DNA of 64,000 nt, taken from assembly GCF_009914755.1 (NCBI RefSeq), contig NC_060926.1; one strand, given 5' to 3'. Below are positions 41,044 through 62,062 of this stretch, in pieces (position 1 is the first letter of the stretch; every line of letters begins with the position of its first letter). The position numbers and the translations under genes are program-made. Source of the stretch: the human T2T-CHM13v2.0 reference genome, Homo sapiens. Under the pieces are notes generated by a model. The model did not search any database. It saw nothing but the letters and a program-made list of their open reading frames with translations, and was not told where the DNA came from.

Positions 41044-41612
41044 AGGGTATTTGTAATAATAATATACATTTATCTCATATATGATATATTGTATACTTAC
41101 ATATACAAATATAAAATATAAACATGATACATATATAAGTACATGTATCATGTATTTACATAAGTATATTTTTATATAGATATACTATTTCTATATAGCA
41201 GTACTATTGATGAAATTCACTTTTCCCTTTACAGTCCCTGATTTATGGCCAACTAAAACTGCTTAATGTTTAGTAGATTTGTGCATGCTATAAAACTCTT
41301 CTCAATTAATTTAATGAATCAAGAAAGAGTCCTTAAAAACTTTTTATACTTGCCCTTCTCTGTCAGCTTGAAAATCCTATTTCTGTTATGCTTACATCTT
41401 AAAATAGGCATGCTACTGAAGAGATCTGGGCAATTAAAATGTTTGTAAACCAAAGCACATTTTAAAAACACTAGGGAAGCTTAACTATTTAGGGTTACTT
41501 TAGATTAGATAATTTGGAAAAGCAAATAATCATTCCTGAATTTGTTCATAGAACTCATATCTTAAATATAGTTTTGGGATTAGTTAAAGCAAGGCTCACC
41601 TGTGTGCTTTTT

Positions 41613-41785
41613 TGATGACGACAGAGGTGGTGCTCATGGTGATGATGGTGGTGGTGGTGATGATGATGGTGTTGAGAGATAGCAGTGGAGATGGTGATGG
41701 GAAGGATGAGGATGATAGTGGTGATGGTGGTAAAGGTGATGGTGGTGGAGATAGTGACGGTGATTTTGGAAATGATGGTGGTGGA
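41613..41785. repeat. Degenerate (GAT/GGT)n trinucleotide low-complexity tract
   Basis: Read directly; explains the poly-His and Val/Met-rich ORFs. Confidence 0.92.
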
Positions 41786-41897
41786 AGGATCTGAGATAGA
41801 CACTTTTAGTTTGCTGCAGTGGTTTCCCTGTGGTCCATCTACCAGATTGCAGGCTATACAGATAGCTGGGGCAAATGCATTAGAAAAAGGAATAGAA

Positions 41898-42359
<462 letters not shown>

Positions 42360-43094
42360 TCACCTCAACTGGGCGAGGTGCAAGGCATGTATACCCTCTC
42401 CTCTGTCCCAGTCCTCTCCATACCTTTCGGTAATTGCTCTTCTACATTTCCTTCCCACTAGATTGTAAGCTTACTGAGGGCAGGGACCACATCTTATTCT
42501 CTCTTATTCAATCTTGAGCCACTATGGCACATAGTGCATGCCCTGTGATGCTTACTGAGTAAATGAACGACAAGTCAGCACAACTTGCTTTCTTCTTTCC
42601 CTCTAAAAGTGCATTTTACTCCACAGCATCAGAGAAAGTATCCTGAATGGCTTCTCAAGTGTCCTTGCCTAAGGCCCTGGGCTTGCTGGTGTCAGGTGGC
42701 TGGGAAGGTGCTCCAGCCGATTTTATAGCATAAAACCATGTAGTACTAGAGTTCTAAAGGACATTAAGGAACTACCTGTTTTAAGATGAGGAAACTGGGG
42801 CCCAGATAAGCAAAGTAACTCAATTATGTCACACAGATAGTCAGAGTCACACCAAACCATAACTCGGGGAACTCAGAGTCCAAATTTTATAATCGATGTG
42901 ACTTTGTTGGAATAATGCTGGATACACCTTTTGCACCCACTGCTAATTATGCTGGTGGGAGGCAGTGTTGCTTATCATTGTTGTAATTCATTCACATAAG
43001 AGAAAATGAAGACTTGCTTTTAGGTTTCCAAAGACTGACTCAGGGATATTTATATGGCTTGCATTTGTGGCTCACATTAAATTCTATTGGACAC

Positions 43095-43580
43095 TGCTGG
43101 TCTAGGGCAATAATGATGATCATGGTAATCCCCTTCTCTGGGCCAGTTCTTGATTTAGGGATGGCTGTGTTTCTTCTTTTAACTGAGCATAGTTTTTTTC
43201 CCTGTGCTTTTCCTTACACCGAACTGTCACAGTGTGGCCAATAAAATGTAGGAAAATGTCTGCTAGGAACAGACATTTTGGGAAAGATTTGAATCCCTGA
43301 GAAAAAGAAAGATGAGTGAGCAGAAATGCCACCACCCACCCCTTCCTGCCTTTAGAAGTTCTTGTGTGAAGCAGTGATGCCAGGAGCTACCAGGAGGGGA
43401 AAGCCATGGAAGTCAAAGGAAAGCTGACCTAGAATCCTGAAATCGTCAAGATAACTGACATAACCAGTCTTGGAAACTACCTATATCTGGACTTCACATT
43501 ATGTGAAGTAGTAAGCGTCTATTATTTAAGCCACCTTTATTCTGTGTCTTGTTACTTTCAGCCAAACTAAGTGATTCACA
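43095..43580 (+). mobile_element. Old MLT1-family LTR fragment
   Basis: GGCCAAT...GAGCTAC...CTGGACTTC...TATGTGA...TTTAAGCCAC...GTTACTT-CAGCCAAA pattern. Confidence 0.6.
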
Positions 43581-43948
43581 CAGCATGGCTTCATTGTGTG
43601 CATTCCCTGCTCTGCAGGGTTGTAAGTAAATCTCAGTCTTCCAGCAGCGGGTGCCTGGGCTTGGTTTGCCACCTTGCAGAAGAGGACTAAGCAGCAGTTT
43701 TTAGACATATCTCTTTGAGATGTCATCTGCTGATATTTGTAGGCTGAGAAATTTTTGGTGCTTTTTGTGTAACAACTTAACATTGGGCAATCTACAAAAA
43801 TGTAAAAACCTCTAGCCTATGTATGCTTACAAGCATGCGTTATATGCTTGTAACTTATTGTTGCTGTATAAAACTCTATGTTTTTTTTCCATTGTTATTT
43901 GTGCTTATGAAATAACACAAGCCTTAATTTAAAAAAAAAAAAAAACTT

Positions 43949-44385
<437 letters not shown>

Positions 44386-44483
44386 AAAAGAAATGTAAGC
44401 CTTGTTCACTGTATAAACAGTTAAAGTGCAAAAAAGTATTGAGAAAAGAATAATGTCCCAGTAATCTCACCACTCAGATATAA

Positions 44484-45166
<683 letters not shown>

Positions 45167-45205
45167 ATGTTTTTACATTAAAAAAAAAAAAAAAAATTGG
45201 GGGTC

Positions 45206-49237
<4,032 letters not shown>

Positions 49238-50540
49238 GCTAATGTTTTAAGTGTGTATTTTTATAGTCTTTTTCTGTATAGAAAGTATAATTTTAATAAA
49301 AATAAGATCATGCTGAACATACTCCTTTGTAGCCCCTTAAAAGAAAAACAACTCAGTGGTAATATGCAGAGGTCCTAAATGTCTCATGCATGTTTTCTAG
49401 AAAGCAGCTATGACTTGATACCATTCTCTTTAGTCTTAATGCCACAGATGTATAGAGCTTTTCACAGATGTGAAAATAGTTTTAAATACATTATTTTATT
49501 ATTTTGTGCCCCCACCATAACCCATCTACACTTCTACAAATAGTGAACTTATTTGCTTAACTGATTTTCTTTACCAACTAAATCAAGAATTTCTGGAGGC
49601 GGTGGGGAAAGCAACTATCAAATAAACTAAATTTTATACCCACATAATTATATCTGTCAGAATGCCTAGTGTATATAAAGTACTCAGTACAAATTTATAG
49701 AATGAACAAAAATATGCTTGTATAGTTTTTGTTTTGTCACGACTGTAATTGTTCTGTTGGTAAATTTACACTACTGTCTCCATTGAAATTCTCATTTCAA
49801 ACTAGTTAAGATCACACAGTGATTAAGATCACAAAAGAAAGAAAGAAACATTATCATCATCAGCATCATCATATGCCTCACCATTATTAAACCCTTTAAT
49901 GGTTCTGGACTTTAAGGTTCTGCCTGCTAGTTGTAGACGTGAATTTTAAGCATTGAAGTTTTACCCAAACCCAAACAGCTCAAAGATAAGAGGAAACTTC
50001 ATCAGATATTCCAATATTTCAATAAGCCTGATATTTTTTGGTGAGCCGATTTAAAAAATTCAGGTAGCAGGCCAAATGTGTTCATTTTTATCTTGATACT
50101 TGTCATCATATAATCTCCACTTTCCTATCTCTTCTTCTTCATTTCCATTTCCTCCTAAACCAGTCGCAGACCAGCGCCTGTCCTCACTACTTCACACAAG
50201 CTGCTCTTTGGTCAGGTCACTTCATCTGATTGCCAAATCTGCCGGTCTTTCTTCAGTCCTTGGCTTGTCACTTAACAGGGCTGACCACTTCTACTATCTT
50301 GAAACTCTTCCATCAGTGACTTCTGTAACCCCAACTTCTGGTTCCTCTTTACCTCTCCATTCATTGATTTATTCAGCAAAAAATTTAACTGAGTACTGGT
50401 GTTAGGTGCTACAGTAAAGGAATGCAATCATATTAATAAAGCTGGTATTAATTGAGTGTCTTACCAAGTGCTAGTCAATGATTCAAAAATTTAAACACTT
50501 TACATGTTTACATGTGTGAACTACTTTAATCTCACTAGAA

Positions 50541-50753
50541 CAAGGGACAGCAAACCTTTTCTTTAAGGGCCAGATAGTAAATATTTTCAGCTGTACAAGC
50601 CATATGGTCTGTGTTGCAACCACTGAACCCAACCTTTGTAGCATGCACGTGGCCATAGATAATACATAATCTAAAGGGTGTGGCCATGTACCAATAAAAC
50701 TTTATAAAACAAGTGACTAAGTTTGGTCAGGAGCTGTAGATTGCCAACCCCTG
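50541..50753. mobile_element. MER58A-like hAT-Charlie element
   Basis: CAAGGGACAGCAAAC...TTGCCAACCCCTG termini; perfect 8-bp TSD CACTAGAA at 50533-50540 and 50754-50761. Confidence 0.9.
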
Positions 50754-51588
50754 CACTAGAATCTATCTAAGTTCCACCAGGGCAGGAATTTTGGTTGGTT
50801 TCAATATAGAAAAACAAATGCTTAGTTAATATTTAATGAATGAAGGCTCTCCTTCTAAGATAGAAACTATTTGAATCCCCATTTTATAAATAAGACAACC
50901 AAAACACAGAGGTTAAGTAGCATGCCCAATGTGACCAACTGAATTGGCAAATCCAGGATCAAAACCCACATAGTTTGGCATTAGAACTTATATTCTTAAT
51001 CACTGTACTGTACAGTGGTGACACAGAGAAGGTTGTTAACTGTTCTCTGGGAAGTGGGAGTGGGAGCCAGGAGAGGTAATTTTAACTGGATCTTGAAGAA
51101 TGAAGAATTCACCAGGAAGAAAAGTAGAGGAGAGGGAGAGGCTTTGCGTTCTAGCATGTGGAAACTGCAGGTATAAGAAACAGATGTCTGATACAACATG
51201 GTATTATGAGCAAATTGGCAATAAAGGAAAACCATTGCTTAGGGAATGCACTCAATTTTCAGCAATTCACATGTCTGGACACAGGTTTTGAGGTGGAGAG
51301 TGGCAGAGATGGGCTAAAGAAATATGCCGGGGGCCTTGTGTGACATGTGGATGAATTTGGATTTTAACTTGGTGGCAGATGGGCTACTGAAGTGTTTTGA
51401 GCATGAGAAAGAATGACCATATTTGCATTTTAGGTCAATTTTTAAAATTACATTTTATTTTAAAATTAGATGATACATGCATATTGTACAGCCTTCAAAA
51501 GCTGAAAAGGTCTTCTTCCTGCTTGTTTCCACTATCCAGTTCTGTCTTCCAAAGGCGCCCACTGTTTCCAGTTAGAAAGATGACTTTC

Positions 51589-51900
<312 letters not shown>

Positions 51901-53044
51901 AGAAAGATGACTTTCACTGTAGTGTGAAGAATGGATCAGTCCTGGGGCCATACCAATCTCTTGACAGAATGTCACAGCTCTCAGATGTCTCCGACTTCCA
52001 GTAATACCTCCCTCCCTCACCACTTCTGGCCTTGAGATGGTATCTCAGTCACTAGCCTGGAGGGCTGTGGTATCACTATGGTTTCCCTCTCCATGCATTC
52101 TTACATTCTAAATGGGGGTAATATTGCCTCTAAAGGGGTGAAAATTAGTCTGGGGGAGCAAAACAATCTTAGATATGAAATGGTTTGTTGGCCTCCAAAG
52201 CTCAACCCTACTCACCAAAATTTTGTCAAGGGAAATTTAAATTTTTCTCTTAGGATGAAATAAGGAGATAATGACAAAAGGTTGAGCAACACTGCTCTAC
52301 ACCTTTGTAAATATTTCCTTGACTAGATCCTTTTCAAATGACTCAGGCTGAATGTGCACCTGTTTCCGCCCAGGTACCTAACTGATCCAGGAGATAATGG
52401 AATTCAGAGGCTTGAATGGAGGATGGTGATCCATGTGGTCATAGAGAAAAGGCAGTGTAACATCTTGGGAGTAAGTGTGGACTGCTGGGATTAGATCCTG
52501 GCTCTGCCATTTACTATTGGCTGTGTGACTTTAACCCCTCGTTGCCTCTGCAAAGTAGGGGATAACAATTGTACCTGTCTCCTGGTTTTGCTCAGGATAT
52601 TGCTCAGCATATGTTAGCTATTGCTCAAAGACTCAGATGGTAGAGCATCAAAGGAGGAGGGAGTTTTGCTGGAGGTTGGAAGAGCTAAAGGTTTAGAAGT
52701 AGGATTGAGGAATGTGGAGAGCGCCAGTACCACTTTCCATACCCATGGGTTGTGGGGCATGGGAAAATGAGTAGCATCCTTTCTAGAATTCAGCAATGGA
52801 ATCATGTTCCTTAGGGATTACAGTTACTTTTCAGTTAAGGCAAGGAATGAGCCAGGAGGTTAAAAGTGGAAAGAAGTTTATATACAATTGAATGAAAGCA
52901 GGGCACAGAAGAAAGATCTGGGAAGGAAGAAGGTAGAAGGTGGAGAGGAAGCCCAGAGCAGGATAGCAGATTGGAGATTAGGGTAAGGGAGAAGAGACCT
53001 CCGGAGGCAGGAGCACCGCACAAGATGGCTCAGACTGAACAGAG

Positions 53045-53683
53045 CAGGAGGTGGTGAACTATGGCCGGATCTAGCCAGCTGCTTATTTTTGTATAGCTCG
53101 CAAACTAAGAATAATTTTTACATTTTAAATGGGTTTTTAAAAATGAATATGAGAGTATTTCATGATACATGAAAATGATATGAAGTTCAATGTCAGTGTC
53201 CATAAATAAAGTTTTTTTGGATCATAGCCATGCCCGCTCATTTAAACATTGTCTATGGCTGCATTCCCACTACAACAGCAGAAATGAGTAGTTGCAACAG
53301 AGATTGTGTGGCCCACACAGTGGAGACTATTGGCCCTATCTGGCCCTTTATAGAAGTTTATTGCCCAGGCACAGTGGCTCATGCCACTGTAATCCCAGCA
53401 CTTTGGGAGGCTGAGATGGGCAGATTGCTTGAGCTGAGAAGTTCAGGACCAACCTGGGTAACATGGCAAAACCCCATCTCTTAAAAAAAAAAAAAAAAAA
53501 GAAAAAAATTAGCCAGGCATGTCAGTGTGCACCTGTAGTCCTAGCTACTCAGGAGGCTGTGGTGAGAGGATCGCTTGAGCCCAGGAGGTAGAGGTTGTAG
53601 TGAGCCTTGTGTTCATACCATTGCATTCCACCCTGTCTCAAAAAAAAAAAAAGAAAGAAAGAAAGAAAATTTGCTGGCTCCTG
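53045..53683. mobile_element. MER58B-like element interrupted by an AluJ-like element (~53363-53668)
   Basis: AACTATGGCC...CATAAATAAAGTTTT...CATAGCCATGCCC...TGGCCCTTTA motifs on either side of the Alu. Confidence 0.8.
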
Positions 53684-53929
53684 TTCTAGCACATCATTCA
53701 TAGTCTGCAATATGAATGGCACCTCCAGGAGTTGTGCAACACAGATGACCTGGCTCTAGGAGCACTCAGTTTGGATAAGTGATAAAGGATTACAGTGAGG
53801 AGAAGAATGGATGGAATTAAATGGCCTCAAGGCTCTTTTTGGAATGTAGTCACAAAGTTGTTATGTTAGAAAAAAGCAAGGCTGTCAGCCTGGATTCAAG
53901 CCACCACCTCTTGGCTGGTGAGGAGCTAG

Positions 53930-55490
53930 GTGTGGTAGACACTTCTGGTTGCCCACACAATTTTTGTTTCTCCTTTTGTTCCTTATTAACAGAAGGCTGA
54001 TTTTATCAAGGTAGCAATGTACCCTGTTAAAAATAATAATCTCAATAAGAAAAGTCCCCAAAGAATGATGGGGACATGTCAATAGGACACAGAGCCAGCT
54101 TAAAGGGGTTCCTAATGGCCAATCTGGGACAATTCCATGTTAAAATAAACTCTGATAGTAATGGGTTGTAACTTATCAAGTAGAATAAAAATCTTTGAGT
54201 CCGTACGGAAATAAATGAATAAGTGGAGAAAGGAAAGCTTTCCATATGGTGCAAGGCAAACTCATACATGGAAAGACAGAATTAGAAAATTACCATCTTA
54301 TTGTTTCAGGCAAGGATTATCAATGGATGCTAAAACTAGTGGGTGAAGTTTTGATGAGAAACATGATATTTATATCATCTCAAAGCCTCTCCTCACAGAT
54401 TCTTATTAATTTCAAAGGGTAAAATAGGGACTTTATAGTAGAGAAATCTGACAGATACTACCTTACCACCTTAACCAAGTTATCAAAGCTAATATCATTA
54501 GTAACAGAACAAGTCAAAATAGGGTAGCTTCTGCCATGATGCATCGAGAAGGTTGCAGCATCACTTCTGTGGTATTCTAGCCAAAAATACCTAACCTGAA
54601 TCCTGAGGAACTGTCAGACAAACCCAAATAAGGGATGTTCTGCAAAGTAACTGGACTTCAGTTTTCAAAAATACCAACAACATGAAAGGCAAAGACAGAT
54701 TGAGGAACTATTTCATGTTAAAGTAGACTAAACCAACATGACAACGAAATGCAATGTTTGGTCCTGGATTGGTTCCTGGACCAGAAAAAAAGCTTCTTCT
54801 CTGTTATAAAGGACATTAGTGGGACAATTGACAAAAGCTGTAGATTAAATAATAGCCTTGTATCAGTGTTAATATTCTGATTTTGATCATTGTACTGTGG
54901 TTATGTAAGAGAAAGTCTTTATTTTTAGGAAGCACATACCAAACTAGAAGTAAATGAGCATCACGCATGCATGAGAGAGAGAGAAAGAAAATGATAAAGT
55001 AATTGTGGTAAATGTTAGTATTGGGAAATTTTGGGTGAAAAAATACAAGAATTCTTTGTACTACTTTTGCAAATTTTGTCCATTTGAAATTATTCCAAAG
55101 CAAAAAGTTTAAAAAAATACTCATTTTGCCCTGGTACTCATGCAGTGATATATTCATATACCCAATCTTGGCCAATGGGTTGTAGGTTTTAGTCCAGTGA
55201 ATAGGGCTTATCAGAAAATGATTGTTTTTCCTCATAAAAAGGGAGAGACTTGGCAAATGCCTTTTGCCCTTTGTCCTTCCCCTTCCTGCTTGGAATAAGA
55301 GCTTAATACCTGGATGTGGAGCAATCATCTATGATTATGAGGACAGAAGGAGCTGGAAGTAGCACGGGTCTTGATGGCTTCTTTGGGCATCAGCCTTGGA
55401 CTGCCTGCCTCTGAATAAGAAGTCTGTTAGTACACTGTAGTTGGGTTTCTGTTACATATAGTCAAATCCAACTCCAACTGAGCTAGACTG
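53930..55490 (+). mobile_element. L1MC/MD-type 3' region (~54070-55115) nested in an old MLT1-like LTR
   Basis: CAGCATCACTTCTGTGGTATTC, GACAAACCCAAAT, TTTGTACTACTTTTGCAA L1M motifs; MLT-type flanks. Confidence 0.65.
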
Positions 55491-55529
55491 TCTAAGGCTC
55501 CCAATGATGTTTACAGTTTTGAGTTTGTG

Positions 55530-56180
55530 TGGCTTGACTCCTCAATCTCCTTCACAGGCAGCTGCTTTTGGTTGCCCCTCACATGTGGGTGTTCTGCAAG
55601 TTTGGTCCTCGGCCTTCTCCTCCCTCTGCGGTCTGTCTACATGGGCTGCCTCATCCACTCCCACTTACCATATAGACTCTGATGATTCGCAATTACCATC
55701 TTCACCTAGAATTTTCTCCTGATTTGCAGGCTACATATTCAGCTACCTAGGGATATCTATGTCTATGGTCCATATTCACTTCAACAGTTGCAAAGCTAAA
55801 TTGCCTTTTCAGCTACACACACATAATCATGCACACATCCAGCCCACAATCTAACCACTTTCCCAAGCCAGAAATGCAGGAGTCATCATCCTCTCTTCTT
55901 CCTACTTTTTTACCCCCTACATGCAATTAGTCATCTAGATCTTGATGACTGTACCTCCTAAGTAGTTTCTGAATCCATCTCCTCTTCTCCATTCCCATCA
56001 GGTAGATGCCTCATCATCTGTCACTGGTATTTTTTATTAATGTTTTAAATAGTCTCCCTGTCTCTGTCCTTTGTTCCCCTAACAAACTGCTATCCATTAT
56101 TTTCTAAAATGCAAATATGATCACCATACTCTCCTATGTAAAAATTTCCTACCACTTCAACTGCTAATGGTAATTCCCCC
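55530..56180 (+). mobile_element. L2 fragment
   Basis: GATGATTCGCAA...CCAAGCCAGAAA...GGAGTCATC...TCTAAAATGCAAATATGATCA motifs. Confidence 0.7.
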
Positions 56181-56548
56181 CAACCCCGTCCCCTCCCCCC
56201 GACTCCAATTCCTACTGTGACATAACAATGCTCATAGGATAACCTCTTGGCTGCCCTTCTGTGCCATTTCTTGATGAAGGAAGGACTGTTGACTGCCCCT
56301 GGCTGATTTATTTTATTCTTAGGAGGCAGATTCTCCCAAGTCTCCATAAACCAGTGATCTTCCTTTGGCCCCAACTGTCTCTTACCCACAGCAATTTGTA
56401 CCTCACTTTATTCCATGTCAAAAGACCTGCAGTGTTCTTTTACTTGTCACAAAAATAAATTTTATACATTGATCAAAATGAAGTGTTCGGGCCACTCTGT
56501 GTGATAAGTGAGGGTTGAACACTGCCTGAATCCAGCAAACACCATTCA

Positions 56549-56586
56549 TACTACACTTGATCTTAACCAAAAGGCTGAGAAGCAAT
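56549..56586 (-). pseudogene. 3'-truncated, tailless U2 snRNA retropseudogene (U2 nt 1-38)
   Basis: Minus strand ATTGCTTCTCAGCCTTTTGGTTAAGATCAAGTGTAGTA versus U2 ATCGCTTCTCGGCCTTTTGGCTAAGATCAAGTGTAGTA (3 mismatches). 15-bp TSD CAAACACCATTCATA at 56536-56550 and 56589-56603. Confidence 0.92.
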
Positions 56587-56868
56587 AACAAACACCATTC
56601 ATATGATGACATTTTAATCAGTTCGTAGTAGCCCAGGTAGGCAAGCTCCAGGGATGTTTATAAGGCAGCCTGGCCCCACATTATGAGTCTCCTGTCTTGG
56701 CTACTTTTGAGTTAAGCAATCCTGGGCTCCCGGGACTGATTCCTCCATTTCCTGAGGCAAGCTGCTGGGGTTTGGGTGGAATATGTGATTAAGAATCTTT
56801 AGTCACAGAGCAGGAAACAAGGGTACCCAGCTTTGGAGGCACCAGCCATTCACCTTTTCCCTTAATAA

Positions 56869-57202
<334 letters not shown>

Positions 57203-58954
57203 TATTTTTTTTTTTAAACCCAGATCAAATGGAACCTATTAAAGGTAGAGTTGGACATTCCTCCTATGAGCAGAGTTAGACAGTCCTCCTAGAGCTTCTG
57301 TGGTATTTATTACACTCTAATACAATTATGTGTTTGTATGTCCGTTTCCCTGCATTTGGTTTCTTTTAATAGCATCCAAATGCAAATCTGACCTTTTTTT
57401 TGTTTGTCCTTCTATCAGCATACAATAGAGCCTGACATAGAGAATAATCAATAAGTATATATTGATTGATTAAATGAATGGATTTTTTTTTTTTGTTCCA
57501 GGTAGAGTGTAGTGGAAAAAGCCTAGACCCTGGTACTATTCCCAGTTCCTCTGCTAACTTGCTATGTGACCATAGTCTCTCAGCAGCTCCTTCACCTCAT
57601 CAATGAAGTGGAGTCAGTACCACCCACTTTGGAATAATTGTTTTGAAGATTAAAAGAGTTAATGATCATTTATCCATTCAATTGTAGGGATATGCTGAAT
57701 GCTTCTTATGAGCCAGGCACTGTGGTAGGTACTAAGGCTATAACATTGTCTTTTCCTCATAAAGCTTTTCAATCTAGCGGGAAAGACAAGTAATTAAACA
57801 AGCATCTACAATAACATATAGTGAAAATTGGAATAGGAGAAGAATAAGGTCCTATGGGAACATACAACAGGGGGCCCACCTTAATCGAGGGGTTAGGAAG
57901 AACCTCCCCAAATGGTATGAAAGAATTGTAAAGTACTATACTCATGTCAGGTAGGATGTTATTACTATAGATGAGACTGCCGTTGAGCTCATAGAAGGAA
58001 GCCATCACACTGTGGAGAGTGAGGCTTCCTGGAAAAGTGGAGTGTTGAGCTGGACTTAACTTCCTTTGATGTTGCTGGCTGATTTTCATTAGGAAGATGT
58101 GCCCTTCGAATGGTGTCTCCAGGATCAGAGATGGATCTGTCTTCATCTGTCCATACCCCAACTCACCTTGTTGCTATAAGAAACTGAGCCCTCCAGTTCA
58201 AGAATACAAACCACAGAGAGGGGAATACTGAAGGGAAATCTAAAAGGTCAGTGATGTTTCTAGGCAAGGCATCTGTGGAAAGCTGACTTCTGCCTTCAAA
58301 TGCATCTGGAATCCAACCACCTCTCACCACCTCCTCTGTAACCCCCTGTCTAGACCACTCTCATTGGTCACTAGATTGCAGAGACCTTCAGACTGGTCCT
58401 CCTGTTTCCACCCATGCCCTCTTAGAATTTCTTCATGCACATTCCAGCTCCAAATGTCTGTGTTCCTGCTTTGGGCACATTGAGGTGAAGAAGACCAGTG
58501 ATTTGCCAAGGAAAGAAGGGCTTGTCTGAAAGAGTCAGGAAGGAAATTTATGCTCCCTTAGAAGATGAGAAAACAGAGATAGGGGCTGCTCACCTACCCC
58601 TCAGTGTCAACTTGTAGTAGGTAAATAAACAACACCAAATAAGTCTTCCTCTGTTGTTTTTATACTAAAGGATTTTCAGATAAGCCACTGCTCGTTGACC
58701 CTTTCCCAGCCTCCCCTCCTCCTCATTTCCCAGACATTCCCTAAGTTGTCTCCTGGCTACAAACTTCCCATCTCTCTGCCCCCTCATCTGTTTCCCAGCC
58801 TTTTTCTGACTCACCCTTCACAGTCTCTTCCAGCAGTGCACAAACATCCTCTTGTCTATCAAAGTCAACTTCCAAACAGTCATCATGGTGCACCAGACTG
58901 GAGGAAGGAGCAGGGGAGCCAGCACCCTCTTTGGTCAGCTCCTGAGTATGCTGA

Positions 58955-59375
<421 letters not shown>

Positions 59376-60469
59376 GGTTGTGGCATTTTTCAAATGACAG
59401 CAAGGTAAGAGACAGAGACACCATCTTTTCCAAAACCTTCATTTTTTTCTTCCCCCCAATTTTTATTCTGAAAATATTTCAAACCTACAGTTAAGCTGAA
59501 AGAAAACCCCCACAAAATTAATATATTCTTCACCTAGATTCAGCAGTTGTTAACATTTGCTTTCTCTGTCTGCCTTTTTTTTCCTCTCTTTCTCTTTTGA
59601 GATAGCTGTCTGCCTGTCTATGTATGCATGTATCCATCCATTTCTGTAAGCACACACACAATGTGACAAACCCTTTGAAAGTAAATTGCAGAGAACTTGA
59701 CATATCATCTTGAACACTCTATCATGCATTTCCTAAGAATAAGGCCATTATTTTTCCTACATACTATGATATGATTATCACACTTACAAGAATTAACATT
59801 AGTGCAATAATACTACTACCTAAAATATAGTCCAGACTTTTGTAGTTGTCCCAAAAATGTCTTTGAACACTCCCCCTGCCACCCTCAAATCCAATTAAGG
59901 ATCAAGAATATCTTCTTTTAACCCAGAAATTTCCAGGGCAATACCAAGTTTGGAAGAGGCAATATGGTTCCCAGAAACAGGGCTTTGTAGCTATATACAA
60001 TTGGGTTCAAATGTCAGGTTTTTCCCAGCTATGTGACCATGGACAGATTATTTCACTTTCTCACCTCAGTTTCTTCATATAATGGGAATGCTGTTACCCA
60101 GTCTAAAGATTTTGTAAGGATGAAGAATGATGTAGTTTTCGTGCTTGTCAAGTAGTAGGCACTCAGGGCAAGTTGCTCCTCTGGAAAGAGAAGCAGAGAA
60201 GGGAACTCAGTTGGGTTATATAAATGGCTGAGAACTTGTGTAGCTAAACAAATGTAAGTGAGCTTACTACATCAAGGTTAAGACATTTTAAAACTATTTC
60301 CCCTGCTCAACGTAAGCCTGTAGCAAATGCCTCTTGCATATGGGAATACAAACTTTGTGGGAGCAGGGATTTCCTCTGTTTCATTCAATGTTTTGTTCCC
60401 AGTATCTGAAACACAGCTCATTAGACAACTTTTGAATGAATGAACAAGTGAATAAATACATCTTACTAG

Positions 60470-60837
<368 letters not shown>

Positions 60838-61872
60838 CTCTTCACTCCCTTTTCTAGAGTTGATTTCCTCTGACATAAGGTGGTGTCTCTGTCCGTTATT
60901 ACCACAGTTATTCTAACAAATTATTCTGAAGCTCAGTTACTCAAAACAACAATCATTTGTTTTCATGCTCAAAGGTCTACAGGTTGGGCTACAACTTGGA
61001 CTGAGCTAGGCTAGCTCTTGGCTTTGGGCTTCAAGCTCCAGGTTGGATCCAGTTGTGTTTCTTATGTCCCTCACCCTCCTTGGACCAGTGACATGCAATC
61101 TTTTCCCTGTATCTCATTCTGGGGCCCAAAGTGAAGGGTGCGGGTGTAGGGGTGTGGACATGGTCTCTCTAAGCTGAGTTGACTTTTAGGTTTCCCTCAT
61201 CACATAGCTGCAGCATGAATAGTCATTCTCCTAACAATTTCAATAGGCGGTTTTTGAACTTGCTAGACAGATATATGCATGCACTTCACATTCCCTTCCC
61301 AAAGACAAACACGATTTCTTACAGGCATTATAAGCTACTAGGAATAAGAAGGGAGTGATCACCTCTTAGTGGATGTTCTCTTACTTCCTGAACTTTCTGG
61401 AAGGGACTTGACTAAATTCTTGGCCAAGAGCTCTTGTTCTCAGTTTTCATGGAGATAAGAGCAGGGAGTGGTTTATTCTCTAAGTTAAACCTGTGTAACA
61501 AATCATGGTAGGATGAAGAAAAAACAGTGTGACTACAACAAACCTTTACAGTTCTTCTTCAGCCCTCCATCCGCATCCAGGCTTCCTCATGCCACCCAAC
61601 ACTGCTATGTCTTATTGCAGATGACTTTGCTGCTGAGACTATTAGACAGGAGGCACTGCAGCCTATCTGTGCATGCCCCATCTGCCATCTTGTCCATGTC
61701 TCCATCTACCTTTGCTTTCTTCCATTTTCCTGTCCAAGGCTAATCCTGACATCTCTGTTAAAATATCATTCCAGATTTTCAATATACCAAATGACTCCCA
61801 TTCTCTCTTCTCTCTTCAATCTCTTTCTCACCACGTGCTGATTTCTTTGTCCATTTAAGCCTCTTCCCTCTG

Positions 61873-62062
61873 AAACAAAACAAAACAAACCCAAAAAAAC
61901 CTAGCTGGGCATGGTAGCTCATGCCTGTAATCTCAGCTACTTGGGAGGCTGAGGTGGGAGGATTGCTTGAGCCCAGGAGTTTGAGGCTGCAGTGAGCCAT
62001 GATCACTCCAGCCTGGAGTGACAGAGTGAGACCCCCCTCTATAAAAAATAAATAAATAAAAA
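61873..62062 (+). mobile_element. Alu monomer / partial Alu
   Basis: Single-arm Alu sequence with an A-rich tail. Confidence 0.85.

Noticed and set aside
43827-43853. 10-bp inverted repeat TTACAAGCAT...ATGCTTGTAA
   Set aside because: Too short for a pre-miRNA and plausible by chance in 64 kb.
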